A DNA stretch of 48,932 nucleotides from positions 1-48,932 of IMG/VR virus record IMGVR_UViG_3300048858_000013. One strand, written 5' to 3'. The notes under the pieces are model-generated. The model was not told the origin of the DNA. It was given only the letters and a program-made list of their open reading frames with translations, and did not search any database. Shown here one piece after another: positions 1-9,651 of this stretch. The position numbers and the translations under genes are program-made. Source of the DNA: a virus. The first letter of the stretch is position 1; each line of letters begins with the position of its first letter.

Positions 1-127
1 GTGTACCCGCAAGCTCGCCATCCTTCAGGACTCCAGTCAGCTGATCCCGCGTGTGAGCGGCGTTGAAATCATACGAGTCATTAACGACCGCATACTTCAA
101 AACCACGTCCGCAGGCTTTGCGCCGAG
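1..127. repeat. Left copy of exact 127-bp terminal direct repeat (identical to 48806-48932)
   Basis: Read directly: gtgtacccgcaagctcgcc...caggctttgcgccgag is present at both ends of the window. This is typical of a circular contig written with an assembler overlap, or of terminal redundancy. Confidence 0.95.
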
Positions 128-171
128 CGCCCACGCCATCAGCTGCGCAGTCACCCCACTATAGAACTGAC

Positions 172-522
172 TCATTTCTCACGGCTCCTGCTGGCTCGGG
201 GCGGGAGATAACCCTTGTCCATAGCCCAGGCTTCGATCGACTGCTCCCAGAGTCGACGGTCAATATCCTCATCACCCCGCTTCTGCAACTCCGCGCCCTG
301 CCCCTGAATCGAGGAGAGCGCGGCTGTTGTCTGAGTCTGAATCCCGCCTAGATAATAGACGAGAGTCACGACGGGGATGAGGATGGCAAAAAGATTCAGG
401 AGGACGCCCGCCACGACCCAGTACTTGACTCGAGTCTCGGCGTGCAAAATCCGCCTATCAATGTCATGACTCAGCTCGGGGAATAACTCCCAGAGGTTGG
501 TCGGTGGTGGGTTCTGACTCAT
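172..522 (-). CDS. Small membrane protein, 116 aa, one hydrophobic helix (YWVVAGVLLNLFAILIPVVTLVYYLGGI); function unknown (lysis or virion associated)
   Basis: ORF in the leftward structural operon. Its start overlaps the stop of the upstream gene by 4 nt (ATGA-type coupling). It has a single clear TM-like segment. Confidence 0.7.
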   Translation of the reverse strand: MSQNPPPTNLWELFPELSHDIDRRILHAETRVKYWVVAGVLLNLFAILIPVVTLVYYLGGIQTQTTAALSSIQGQGAELQKRGDEDIDRRLWEQSIEAWAMDKGYLPPRASRSREK

Positions 523-1211
523 GTTACCCCTACGAGTTCCGCCTGTTCTGTGGAGATGATGCCCTTGCGCTGCTGCATCCAGAGGCTGTAACTGACTCGT
601 TGACGCGCATCATCGCTGAGTCGTTTGTAGATCTTGGCGCGGAGTCCTTCTTCGAGAACCGTATTCCAGCCCATCAAGAGCCAGTTCGTCACCATGATCC
701 GGGCGGTCATACGAGTCGTCTCGTCGATATCGAACGCTGGCAAGTAACTCCAGCCCAAATCCACATCGTAACTCGCAGGCCGTTCAGCCACTTCGTAATA
801 CTTATGCGCTCGGCAGAACTCGTAGTAGGCGATTAGGATGCGCCCGCCGACTCCACCATAACCCTTGAACACGAGCCGGTCGCCCGCGTGCTGAAACACG
901 TACTGCTCCGAGTCAAAACGCTTGCCGGGATTCAACATCTTGGCGTACACGCCGCCGACGGAATCATACCGAACTGCGCCAACCCCCTGAAAGACTCCAG
1001 GGTTAGGAACGTCCCACGAGGCGCCGGTGTCCACAGTCGGAATCACCAGCGCCTCGCGGTAAGCAGACCGCATGAAGACCACCGTGTTGCGCTCAGGCTC
1101 GAAAAAGCACTCACGAATCGACTGGTTTGCATACCGAATCACTTCGGCCTTCAAATCCGGGCGACGCGTTTCGAGCAAGATCGAGTCAACAAGCTGCGAG
1201 AAGGTGGTCAT
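519..1211 (-). CDS. Virion structural protein, 230 aa (head-completion/adaptor candidate by position)
   Basis: Ordinary globular composition, co-oriented and tightly packed two genes downstream of the capsid gene. The function is inferred from gene order only. Confidence 0.75.
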   Translation of the reverse strand: MTTFSQLVDSILLETRRPDLKAEVIRYANQSIRECFFEPERNTVVFMRSAYREALVIPTVDTGASWDVPNPGVFQGVGAVRYDSVGGVYAKMLNPGKRFDSEQYVFQHAGDRLVFKGYGGVGGRILIAYYEFCRAHKYYEVAERPASYDVDLGWSYLPAFDIDETTRMTARIMVTNWLLMGWNTVLEEGLRAKIYKRLSDDARQRVSYSLWMQQRKGIISTEQAELVGVT

Positions 1212-1223
1212 CTGCGAGTCCTA

Positions 1224-1994
1224 TTAGATCGACGAACCGACGGTCTTGGTCGGGCCGTTGCCTGCGTTGTCGATGCCCTGGATCATGCGATTCTGATCGA
1301 GGAATTGCTTGGCCAGTTTGTTCGCGGCGCCGGTGTCGATCTTCTTGACTCCGTTCTTCACGAACGCGGGCTGCTTGTCGAGGAGTTCGTCGAACTCGGC
1401 AACGTCGTCACCCTTCAGAGTCAGCGTCGAATTCTCGAACTGGAATCGGCCCAGCTTGAGGGTTTTCGTCGGATGGCTCGTGTAGCTCGTGCCCTGGTCC
1501 GAGTCGCCTTCGGCCGTTGCGCGCGCCAGCATCTCGCCGAGGCCCAACATCGTATTGCCGCCGGCGTCGAACGAACCCGAGTTATCGTCCTGCCGCTTCA
1601 TCTGCGCTTCGAGTCCAGCATCAGCCGTCTCAGCCGCGCGCTCCTGCGAAACCTCGCTCAGCGTCTGTTGACGGGTAGCCGAGTCGCTAGCGCCCGCGGA
1701 CAGCTGCGCATTGCGGCCGGTCGCGGAAGCATCGAGATTGTCGCCGACCTGATACTGAGTCAGAGGATCGAGATCGGTCGTGGTCGCCGAATCGACCTGG
1801 CTCGCGCTCGTCGTGTTGGTCGTGTCCAGCGGCTTGTCGCCCGTATCCGGAGTCGGACCCTTCTCCGGTTCACCCGAGATATCGGTCGAGGTATCGCTCG
1901 TGGGCTTGCCGGCCGTGGGATCGAGTCCGGGGCCTGCTTCTCCGCTCTTGTTCGAATCCGATGCATTCTTGCCGGTGAGATTGCCTAGTTTCAT
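1224..1994 (-). CDS. Hypothetical virion-associated protein, 256 aa, with a disordered D/T/S/G-rich N-terminal half
   Basis: ORF directly downstream of the capsid gene on the same strand. Low-complexity N-terminal half, globular C-terminal ~90 aa. Decoration or head-associated role is only a guess. Confidence 0.7.
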   Translation of the reverse strand: MKLGNLTGKNASDSNKSGEAGPGLDPTAGKPTSDTSTDISGEPEKGPTPDTGDKPLDTTNTTSASQVDSATTTDLDPLTQYQVGDNLDASATGRNAQLSAGASDSATRQQTLSEVSQERAAETADAGLEAQMKRQDDNSGSFDAGGNTMLGLGEMLARATAEGDSDQGTSYTSHPTKTLKLGRFQFENSTLTLKGDDVAEFDELLDKQPAFVKNGVKKIDTGAANKLAKQFLDQNRMIQGIDNAGNGPTKTVGSSI

Positions 1995-2096
1995 GAGTGC
2001 ACTCCTTTCCTTTACTGACGCCAGCAGCTCTCCTGGAGTCAGAAAAAGGGGGGAAGCCCGAAGACCTCCCCCTGAGTGGTTCGTACCGACTACGAA

Positions 2097-3293
2097 TCAG
2101 GCAGCGAAGTCCGACTTGACGGCGCGATTCACGTTCTGCAGGTAGCCCATGATGGACGCTGCGCCGACCTCGATGCCGAGTTCGGTGGTGATCACGCCTT
2201 CGTCGGCGTCGAGTGCATTGGTGCGCGAACCGTTGGAGTCGTAGTTCTCCTCGAAGGTTTCGCGAAGAACGCGCTTGCGGATGGCGCCGGGGTGCAGGAC
2301 CATCAGGTTCTTCGACCACGTCGGGTTCTCGTTGAAGAGCGGATGAGTCATCAGCTTCAGCGTACCGAACGGAGTCACGATCGTCCAGACCGAAATGCCC
2401 AGCTTGGACTCGCCCTGGGTGATCTGGTAGTTGCCGTCCGCCATCGTCATATCGTTGAGGACCTGCACGACCTGATCGCCGCCAAGTGCGATTCGCTCGT
2501 TGGGCATGCCCTTGACGTTGTGCTTGAACACGCGCCGGATGAAGTCGCCGAAGTCACGCTGCGAGTAGTTGCCGGCGACTCCGTCAGTGTTGGCAGCTTC
2601 GACGATACCGCCGTACTGCTTCAGCTGACTCAGAACACCGTCCGTCATGCGGAACGGCTGATTGTTCAGGGTGCCGACGTGCTTGACTCCGAAGATGAGC
2701 GAACGCTCCATATCCTCGGCGTGGTACATCGCGCAGTCCTTCTTGTTCTTCGCGACCTTGTTGCCGGTGCGGAACTTGACAGCCTTCGCAGTGCCCGAAA
2801 CCGCCCACGAGTTGCGGAAGATTTGGACATAGTTGAGTCGCAGCGTGCCCTGCTGAGCGATCGGATTCGGCTTCGTCGAAGCTTCCTCGTGCGCGTTGCC
2901 GATCGACTGGACGTGCATCGTGTTGTCGATCGCGACGATGGTAGTGCCGCCGATTCCGCGCATGACGGTCAGGGTATTCCCAACGATCGACGTGACCAGC
3001 GTGACTTCGCCAGTCTCTTCGACCATGAGCACCTGACCCGGCACGTACATGGAGCCATCCGCGACTCCAATGCCAGTGCCCGTACCGCCGCCGGTGGTTG
3101 CCGTGCGGCCGGCCTGATGCGCGTCCTCGAACCAGTTGAACACAGTGTCCGACGCGGGCTCGCGACTCATACCAGCGCTGAGCGCGAGCAGGAGAGCGGT
3201 GCCGGTCGGATTGATCTGGAGAATCGCGCTCGAGAAATCGCCGACACGATCGCCGACGATGCTCGAGTTGGACATGAAAATACCCTGAATCAT
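2097..3293 (-). CDS. Major capsid protein (HK97-fold type, putative)
   Basis: 398-aa ORF immediately after the scaffold-like gene and downstream of portal. GAGG Shine-Dalgarno about 8 nt upstream of the ATG at 3293. Size and segments such as ERSLIFG and TTELGIEV resemble podovirus coat proteins. No search was run. Confidence 0.85.
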   Translation of the reverse strand: MIQGIFMSNSSIVGDRVGDFSSAILQINPTGTALLLALSAGMSREPASDTVFNWFEDAHQAGRTATTGGGTGTGIGVADGSMYVPGQVLMVEETGEVTLVTSIVGNTLTVMRGIGGTTIVAIDNTMHVQSIGNAHEEASTKPNPIAQQGTLRLNYVQIFRNSWAVSGTAKAVKFRTGNKVAKNKKDCAMYHAEDMERSLIFGVKHVGTLNNQPFRMTDGVLSQLKQYGGIVEAANTDGVAGNYSQRDFGDFIRRVFKHNVKGMPNERIALGGDQVVQVLNDMTMADGNYQITQGESKLGISVWTIVTPFGTLKLMTHPLFNENPTWSKNLMVLHPGAIRKRVLRETFEENYDSNGSRTNALDADEGVITTELGIEVGAASIMGYLQNVNRAVKSDFAA

Positions 3294-3297
3294 CGCA

Positions 3298-4074
3298 TTA
3301 CCTCATTTGAAGGAGTTCTTGTACAAGACTGCTTGGCCCGTTCGACGTGAAGTCATCCGGGTTGCTGGGCGGAGTCGAGAGCCCGAAGTCGCCAGCGCCC
3401 AGCTGACCCATTGACTTGAGCATCCCGCGAGTCATTTCGAGCGCCTTGGTGCGATCCCCCTTCGAGTGCTTCAGCGACTGCTGGAAGACACCCTGAATCA
3501 CAGGACGAACTTCCTTCTTCGCGAAGCTGGGGAACTGCTCTGCCAGCATGGACTCATCCGACTGACGAGTCGAGTTCTCGGTGATGCTGCCCTTGATGCG
3601 GCCATCCACCTGTCCCTCGAATCGCTGCAGAATCTGCGCGGTCATGATCATCGCCTGCCGCATCATCGTCTGACCGAATTGCTGCATGCGCTGATTCACG
3701 CCCTCCAGGTTGCCCTCTGCGATCTGACTCGCAGTCTCCGCGTCGAAGATGGTCGGCGGAGTGAAGTTCGTGATGGACTGCATCAGAGTCTGACCGAATT
3801 CCTCGTCGGTCGGACCTTGCGACTCGCCGGTGCCGCCGTCAGCGGGTTCCGGGTTGTTCCAGAATGACGCGGGCTCGAAACCAAGTCCATCGTTATTTTG
3901 ATTCTGGCCGTTTTGGCCGGAGTCGCCAGAATTACCGGTCCCGTTATTTTGGGGCTGGCCCGAGTCACCGCTGCCCTGATGATCTTCGCCTTCCTTGGGC
4001 AGACCGCCATGGAGTCCGCGACGCGCGCCAGTGTACAGGTAGATGCTCTTACGGCTTGCACGATTCTTACGCAT
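3298..4074 (-). CDS. Scaffolding protein (putative)
   Basis: 258-aa ORF between portal and capsid genes. G/N/Q/S-rich disordered N-terminal part followed by a helical Q/M/E-rich part, the classic position and composition for a scaffold. Confidence 0.65.
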   Translation of the reverse strand: MRKNRASRKSIYLYTGARRGLHGGLPKEGEDHQGSGDSGQPQNNGTGNSGDSGQNGQNQNNDGLGFEPASFWNNPEPADGGTGESQGPTDEEFGQTLMQSITNFTPPTIFDAETASQIAEGNLEGVNQRMQQFGQTMMRQAMIMTAQILQRFEGQVDGRIKGSITENSTRQSDESMLAEQFPSFAKKEVRPVIQGVFQQSLKHSKGDRTKALEMTRGMLKSMGQLGAGDFGLSTPPSNPDDFTSNGPSSLVQELLQMR

Positions 4075-4324
4075 TGGTACGCTCCTTCTTTAACTCGTCG
4101 CCCAGACCCTGCATGGCACGACAGACTTTGATGAACTCTTGAGTCACTCGGATTTTCTTAAGAAGTTCTGCGTCCTCCTGTTCATGGAAACCCTGTGCGA
4201 GTCTCTCGATTAGAAGCTGTTCCTGCAACGACCAAACGCCCGTCAATGATAGACTCACGAGCGCTTGGGTTGCGAGTTCCTGCTGGACCGGGTCTAGCAG
4301 TTCGAGAATGGCCCTCTCTAACAT
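4067..4324 (-). CDS. Hypothetical protein, 85 aa, helical and acidic
   Basis: Co-oriented ORF filling the gap between the portal and scaffold genes. It overlaps the scaffold start by 8 nt. Confidence 0.6.
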   Translation of the reverse strand: MLERAILELLDPVQQELATQALVSLSLTGVWSLQEQLLIERLAQGFHEQEDAELLKKIRVTQEFIKVCRAMQGLGDELKKERTNA

Positions 4325-4332
4325 GCTGAGTC

Positions 4333-6387
4333 CTAGCCGAAGATCGGGGCTGTTACGGCCGCCGGATCAGTTGCGGGTGTGATTCCCCCGGCTGCGGCCG
4401 CGAGGGCTGCTGCGGGATCGGCTGCACCGGGGGCCGCTGGCGGAGTCGGGGGCTTCGTCTTGAATTGCTCGAAGTTCGCCTCGATATCCATCATGGTCGT
4501 CCAGTGGTCGATCATCTTCATAATGTCGATCTGCTCGCCAGTCTGCGGATTCGGAGCCAGTACCTGCGGCGCCTGAATCAGAGCGAAGATTAGCTGCTGG
4601 ATCGCCTGCTGCGCCGCCGTCCGATCGAGCGCCTTGAGTCCCTGCCCGATGATGAACGGAAGGTTGGTGTCCTTCATGTCCGCCAGACTCAACTTGAAGA
4701 TTTTGCCCGAGTAATAATCGGTGATCTCTTCCTCAGTCGGCGAGTACTGGATGACGTTGTAATACATCGCTGAACGCATGGGACGGAACATGGAGTCATC
4801 GAGCAACCGAGCCGACTTCTGCTGACGACGATTTGCGCCCTGCTGAACGGCCGCGACCTGATCCGTGACTGCGCGGTCGATCGAGGCGATCTGACTCGGA
4901 AGGCTCTGCGTCGGGAAGAACTGGTTGATGATAGTCATCACCGAGTCAACATCCTGCATTGTCTGCCGAGTATCGACGTTGTTCGCCTCCTTGAAGATGC
5001 CCGTCCGAATGTCGCGGCCAATCGCCGAACTCTTCATCGGGACTCGCATGCCCACTTCGCCCGGCGCAACTGCCGAGAAGTCGAACATGGTCGGATCGTA
5101 GAACGTGGTGCCCCAGATTGACTCGCGCGAGCCCTTGATGTGGATGTTCAGAAGTGCCGAGGCAAAGTCCTGCAACGGCTCCAGCAACTCAGCCACCGAC
5201 TTCTGCGCCGCGCCCATCAGATCATCGTTGATGACTCCGAAGTAGAACGGAAGCTGGCCGTGCATGTTGTTCTGCTGCTCAGCCGAAACGATCCACTCGG
5301 CGTCCATGATCGTGAATCGCCAGAGTTCGTAACCCCTGCGCGCCGCGTTCTCGGCTGGCGGTACGAGTCCAAAGTCCACAGGGTTGAGCCAGATGTAGAT
5401 ATGAACCAACTCGTGCCCGCCAACTTCAGTCAGATCGACGTCGCTGAGTACCTGAACCCAGTTGGTCTGACCGTTATCCGTGCCATCGTTGGTCTGACTC
5501 AGTTTAGCTTCCTGCGGGGGCGCGCGATAGTACGACACCGTGCCGCCCTCGAATCCCTCGCCCTTCTTGAAGGCTTCCTGGCAGTTGTAGAACTGGCCTG
5601 CGACTGCGCGCTTCTGCACCCAGAAGTGACTCCGAACCTCAGCGAACGCCGCGAACTCGCCCTCCTTGTGCAGATCGACCAACTCGCAGGTCGGATCATA
5701 CAGGAAGTTGTACATATCGACGGACTTCATCCGATTCCCAGCCCACTTAAGTTCCTGGGTCACGTTGACCTGCTCGCCTGCACGCTCGACTCGAGGGCCT
5801 TGGTCAGACCCCCACGCCACATGCACGCCGCCGATGTTATACTTGAGTACGGAGAACAACGTGCGCAGAATCTCGCGGAAGTAACCCGAGTACAGCGCGT
5901 CGTTGTTCATCTTGGTCACGAGTCCACGCGCCTGCGGAGTCTCGTCCGGCTCGCCCGTGAAGTAGAACATGCCGCGATTCGGAGCGAACGTCTGCGCGAA
6001 GTACGTCATCATATCGTCGAGATGCACGAACTCCAGCGGGAGAACGATATCCGACATGATGGGCTTGCCAGTCCGATTCGATTCATTGCGGCGCTTCTGG
6101 TCTTCCTGACTCAGCTTCAGCCAGCCGGCGACCTTCTGGTCCGTGTGGACGTAGCGAGGCAGCTGGTTATCGCGCGGCTTCTTCCCGATCAGGAGTCGAG
6201 CCTTGAGATAGCTCAGCAGCTTCTCGTGGTTCTCCTTGTGGAAGAACGGATGAGTCCGGTGCAACCCTGAGGGGCGCGCTAGAGTCAGGTCCGGGTAGGT
6301 GAGTTGGTGATCACCTGTATTATTCGGATTATACACTGCATACCTCCATGCCGGATTGAATCGCTTGGGCCATATCATCGTCCACAC
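4333..6387 (-). CDS. Portal protein
   Basis: 684-aa ORF immediately downstream of terL and upstream of scaffold/capsid. Size, position and the A/P-rich C-terminal tail are typical of podovirus portals. The first ATG overlaps the terL 3' end by 59 nt, so the true start may be internal. Confidence 0.8.
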   Translation of the reverse strand: MWTMIWPKRFNPAWRYAVYNPNNTGDHQLTYPDLTLARPSGLHRTHPFFHKENHEKLLSYLKARLLIGKKPRDNQLPRYVHTDQKVAGWLKLSQEDQKRRNESNRTGKPIMSDIVLPLEFVHLDDMMTYFAQTFAPNRGMFYFTGEPDETPQARGLVTKMNNDALYSGYFREILRTLFSVLKYNIGGVHVAWGSDQGPRVERAGEQVNVTQELKWAGNRMKSVDMYNFLYDPTCELVDLHKEGEFAAFAEVRSHFWVQKRAVAGQFYNCQEAFKKGEGFEGGTVSYYRAPPQEAKLSQTNDGTDNGQTNWVQVLSDVDLTEVGGHELVHIYIWLNPVDFGLVPPAENAARRGYELWRFTIMDAEWIVSAEQQNNMHGQLPFYFGVINDDLMGAAQKSVAELLEPLQDFASALLNIHIKGSRESIWGTTFYDPTMFDFSAVAPGEVGMRVPMKSSAIGRDIRTGIFKEANNVDTRQTMQDVDSVMTIINQFFPTQSLPSQIASIDRAVTDQVAAVQQGANRRQQKSARLLDDSMFRPMRSAMYYNVIQYSPTEEEITDYYSGKIFKLSLADMKDTNLPFIIGQGLKALDRTAAQQAIQQLIFALIQAPQVLAPNPQTGEQIDIMKMIDHWTTMMDIEANFEQFKTKPPTPPAAPGAADPAAALAAAAGGITPATDPAAVTAPIFG

Positions 6388-7879
6388 TGCCGTCGTAGGC
6401 AGCTTGAATCAATGGCAGGAACTGGTTCATCATCGCGGGACCATAGGCGCACGAGTCAATCCTATCGTCCGGCTGATCCTTCTTCCGAAAGTCGAAATTG
6501 ATGATCTGCTCCGTCACGGCCATATCCGTATCCGGGAGCGCCCACTCCTTATTCGCCATTAGACTCACAAAGACCTTGATGCGCCCGAGCTTGGGATCGC
6601 CACGACCCGCCATGAGTGGGACGAATACGATCTTGTGATTCAACTGAAGCTGCATAGCCATCATGGTGAAGAGCGTAATCAAGACCTTCTGGGCCGCGAC
6701 CGCTTCAATCCCCCACGTGTAGCATCCCCAGTATCGAGTCAGACGCATCGCCTGATTGAACATCTCAAGCTCGTCGCAATGCCCACTCCACGTCTCAACC
6801 GTCATCGGAATCCCATTGCGCGGGAGCACGTGAACCGAGATTGCAGTCTCGTCGTTATGCGCTGCGAGTCCAAAGGCAGGGTCGATCGTGAGCCAAGCGC
6901 ACAGGATATCATCTGGAGTCGGAGGCGGTAGATAATGCAGATGCTCAGCCGTAAAGCCATTCTCACCGTGGCCCGGCATGTTCATCATTTCGCACATCCA
7001 AGTCTCAACGAGTCCGTTGTCCTTGTACTCTTGGAAGTCCTCCTGTAGCGCCTCCGTACTCCACTTACCCGGCCAAAGCGGGATCATGAGTCCAGTCATC
7101 GTGTCCTTGACGAGGCAGCCAAAGACGACCGGGTTCCAGCGTGGATTCCGCGACAGGCGAGCAAGCAGACTCGTCTTGGCCAGCATGTTGCCCAGCCAGA
7201 TAATCTTCTTGCGCCGCGCGAGCGCCTTAATGAATGGACCGAACACCCACTTATCTAGCTTCTTCTGCTGGTCTTCCGAGTCGACAACATCATTATCCTC
7301 CACATCGTCGCAAACTGCGATATCGGGACGCTGGTTATCGACGTTGATTCCGCGCATCTGCTGGCCCTGTCCGAGTCCACGGAGGATGCACCGCTTCATC
7401 TTGCCATCCGGCATCCGCAAATCGAAAATCCAGAGCCCTTCGTTCTCGCTCTGCTTCTCAATCCTGATACGCCCGTAGACTCGGATGAAGTTCGGGTTGC
7501 TCAGGAATCCAATGATGTCCCGGCAAGCGTTCTTCGCAATCGGCGCGGTGTTCGAGATGTACGCACAGAATCGGTGCTTAGTATGCAGCCAGTACCAAAC
7601 CACCACCAACTTAGCCAGAGTCGTCTTGGCATGGTCGCGCGGGACAGCGAGTAGGATACGCTCCTTCTCGTCGTCCGTCATGAGTCCCCAGATCTCCTTG
7701 TGGAACTCGGGAACCGGCATATCAAGCGAGTCAGCCAGGAAAAACTCGATGAAAAACTCGGCATCGTCCTGCATAAGCCGACGAATCAGAGCTATCTCGC
7801 CCTCTAACTCCTGAGTTTCAACTCCGGCGTCAGTTGCGTTGGCCCTCCAAGCCTGTTCGAGTTTGTCCTGAATTTCCAT
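6329..7879 (-). CDS. terL: Terminase large subunit
   Basis: 516-aa ORF with Walker A-like AVPRDHAKTT, Walker B-like DIAVCDDVED, and a C-terminal nuclease-like segment (WLTIDPAFG, IDSCAYG). It sits directly upstream of portal. Confidence 0.9.
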   Translation of the reverse strand: MEIQDKLEQAWRANATDAGVETQELEGEIALIRRLMQDDAEFFIEFFLADSLDMPVPEFHKEIWGLMTDDEKERILLAVPRDHAKTTLAKLVVVWYWLHTKHRFCAYISNTAPIAKNACRDIIGFLSNPNFIRVYGRIRIEKQSENEGLWIFDLRMPDGKMKRCILRGLGQGQQMRGINVDNQRPDIAVCDDVEDNDVVDSEDQQKKLDKWVFGPFIKALARRKKIIWLGNMLAKTSLLARLSRNPRWNPVVFGCLVKDTMTGLMIPLWPGKWSTEALQEDFQEYKDNGLVETWMCEMMNMPGHGENGFTAEHLHYLPPPTPDDILCAWLTIDPAFGLAAHNDETAISVHVLPRNGIPMTVETWSGHCDELEMFNQAMRLTRYWGCYTWGIEAVAAQKVLITLFTMMAMQLQLNHKIVFVPLMAGRGDPKLGRIKVFVSLMANKEWALPDTDMAVTEQIINFDFRKKDQPDDRIDSCAYGPAMMNQFLPLIQAAYDGSVDDDMAQAIQSGMEVCSV

Positions 7880-7884
7880 CTGAC

Positions 7885-8499
7885 TCAGAGTCCCGAGAAC
7901 ATCTTCGCGATTTTGGAGATTGTCGAGCCCAACGAGTCACCGTCAGTACCCGGCGCCTGCATGAACCCTGCAGCCGCCGCTTCTGGATCGTTTGCGAAGC
8001 TGGCGGAAGCGTTGCCCGCGGACTTGCGCTTGGACTGCTTGGCCTTTTGAGTCGCAGGGTCGAGCGTGGATTCATCGGCTGTGCCACCGAGAATGAGTCG
8101 ACCGATGATATCGCCGATGCCCCGGCCGGATTGACCCGATGGATTCCCGGGATCGCGCTTAATCCTTGGTGCTGACTCAGACATTCCGACGGTCGGGAGT
8201 GCGATGCCCGAGATATCGTCGACTCGGACGGGCCCAACAGCTTGCTGGCGCGTAATCGGATCGACGCGGTCAGGCCGCCCATTGACCACGATATCCCCGA
8301 AAGGGTTCGAGTCGGTCTGCACGGCGGGAGCCGGAATCACGTCAGCGGTTGTCGCGCCAATCACCGGCATTGACTCGGCGAGCGCTTTGTCTGGGTCGAT
8401 TGGAGTCAACAGGCTAGGTTGCAGGAATGGCGAGGAGATATCGCCGGTTCCTTGGGCCCGTATCCCTTTGACTCCGTTGTACTGGCTGAAGTCGATCAT
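7885..8499 (-). CDS. Hypothetical protein, 204 aa, P/G/A/D-rich
   Basis: Co-oriented ORF between the terS-like gene and terL. No recognisable motif. Confidence 0.65.
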   Translation of the reverse strand: MIDFSQYNGVKGIRAQGTGDISSPFLQPSLLTPIDPDKALAESMPVIGATTADVIPAPAVQTDSNPFGDIVVNGRPDRVDPITRQQAVGPVRVDDISGIALPTVGMSESAPRIKRDPGNPSGQSGRGIGDIIGRLILGGTADESTLDPATQKAKQSKRKSAGNASASFANDPEAAAAGFMQAPGTDGDSLGSTISKIAKMFSGL

Positions 8500-8552
8500 G
8501 ATATTCCAGTCCTTCTTCTGGTCGGGAATCCTGTATGGGCGTTGCCGCCGCG

Positions 8553-9272
8553 TTACTCGTCCAGATCGTGTAGTGAGTCATTGCTCTGCTGGATGGTTAG
8601 CCGCGATGGCGTGAGGTGCGGCCGAATCGCGAGCATCTCGTTGACCTCATCGAAGCTAGGGTTGGTCATCGACCCGTCATGAATCGAGAGACTCCGTTCC
8701 TCCACCACAGTTCGGTGCCCAGCCTGCGTGATCTTCTGGACCATGCGACTCGTCAGCGTGACTGCGGTTTTTCCGGCACCTCGACTCGGATCAAGTACCA
8801 AGTCCTGATTCTTCTGCCTGCGTGTCATACGATTCGCCGTTGCTGCGGCTTTCAGGAGAAACTCCGGATCGTTCGAGTGCTGGAGTCGCTCAAGAAGCCT
8901 AGTGCCTGCTATCGACTCGATCGAATCCCAGATCATGGGCTGATCGGCGTGGTTCGCGGCTACCATCACACCAATAGCTGTGCGAATCCGTTTGTAAAGC
9001 TCGTCCGACTCGACCTCTTTGATATCTTCGGGCTCGCACCCTATGACCTCGGCGATCGACTCATCATCCAGCCCTTGCACCTTATGCTTGGCCACGATGA
9101 CATACACATCTGGAACTTCTTCCCCAAGCTCTTGACTCAGGGTCTTGCTCGTCACGTTGGCGAGGTTCATTGGATTATCCTTCCCTCGAATCCATGTGTC
9201 AAGGTCTATCTTTATTCCGCTTCGAGTCGGAACAGAGAGAGGCTTTGACTCCATCTTGCGGAGGTTGTTCAA
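8553..9272 (-). CDS. Putative terminase small subunit / DNA-binding protein
   Basis: 239-aa first gene of the morphogenesis operon, upstream of terL. It has a helix-turn-helix-like segment (GLDDESIAEVIGCEPEDIKEV). The start in the ORF track is TTG at 9272; an alternative ATG lies at 9254. The function is inferred from position. Confidence 0.55.
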   Translation of the reverse strand: MNNLRKMESKPLSVPTRSGIKIDLDTWIRGKDNPMNLANVTSKTLSQELGEEVPDVYVIVAKHKVQGLDDESIAEVIGCEPEDIKEVESDELYKRIRTAIGVMVAANHADQPMIWDSIESIAGTRLLERLQHSNDPEFLLKAAATANRMTRRQKNQDLVLDPSRGAGKTAVTLTSRMVQKITQAGHRTVVEERSLSIHDGSMTNPSFDEVNEMLAIRPHLTPSRLTIQQSNDSLHDLDE

Positions 9273-9368
9273 TTTTTTTGTCGGAACATGCGGGACTCAT
9301 ATTAAAGGTGGGGGCTGTCGGTCGAAATGGGGGGATACCCCGCCCCCCTATAGTACGAATCAAACTAC

Positions 9369-9580
9369 GAACGAAGTGAGCTGTCAGTCATTACGTCGAG
9401 CGAAGCGAGTCAACATCGAGCGTAGCGAGCTAATCAACGAAGCCGAACGAAGTGAGTCAATCCGAATCAACCTTGTCCGAGCGACTAGCGAGTCCTTTCA
9501 TAGAGCGTAGCGACTCTCTTAATAAAGAATCGAGCGAAGCGAGTCTATATGCCGGAGCGAAGCGGAGGCCGGCGCGAGTC
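9369..9580. repeat. Array of about 8 degenerate 14-nt direct repeats, consensus GAGCGWAGCGAGTC
   Basis: Units start at 9369, 9398, 9418, 9445, 9479 (with a 2-nt insertion), 9503, 9532 and 9555, plus a half unit GCGCGAGTC at 9572. Spacing is 20-34 bp and all are in one orientation. The array is non-coding and lies between the early-operon terminator and the terS-like gene. Confidence 0.85.
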
Positions 9581-9600
9581 ATGTTATAACATCACATGAG

Positions 9601-9642
9601 TCGGATAAAGAAAAGGGAGGCCAGCGGTTAAGCCAGCCTCCC
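9601..9642 (-). terminator. Rho-independent terminator of the leftward early operon
   Basis: A 7-bp G/C stem (GGGAGGC 9615-9621 paired with GCCTCCC 9636-9642) lies right after the stop codon at 9652-9654. On the minus strand it is followed by TTTTCTTTAT. Confidence 0.7.
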
Positions 9643-9651
9643 CCTTGAGTC

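Noticed and set aside
9369-9580. The repeat array considered as a CRISPR array.
   Set aside because: The units are only 14 nt and degenerate, and they are separated by 6-20 nt rather than by ~30-nt unique spacers. No cas genes are present. It is a regulatory or packaging-type repeat, not CRISPR.
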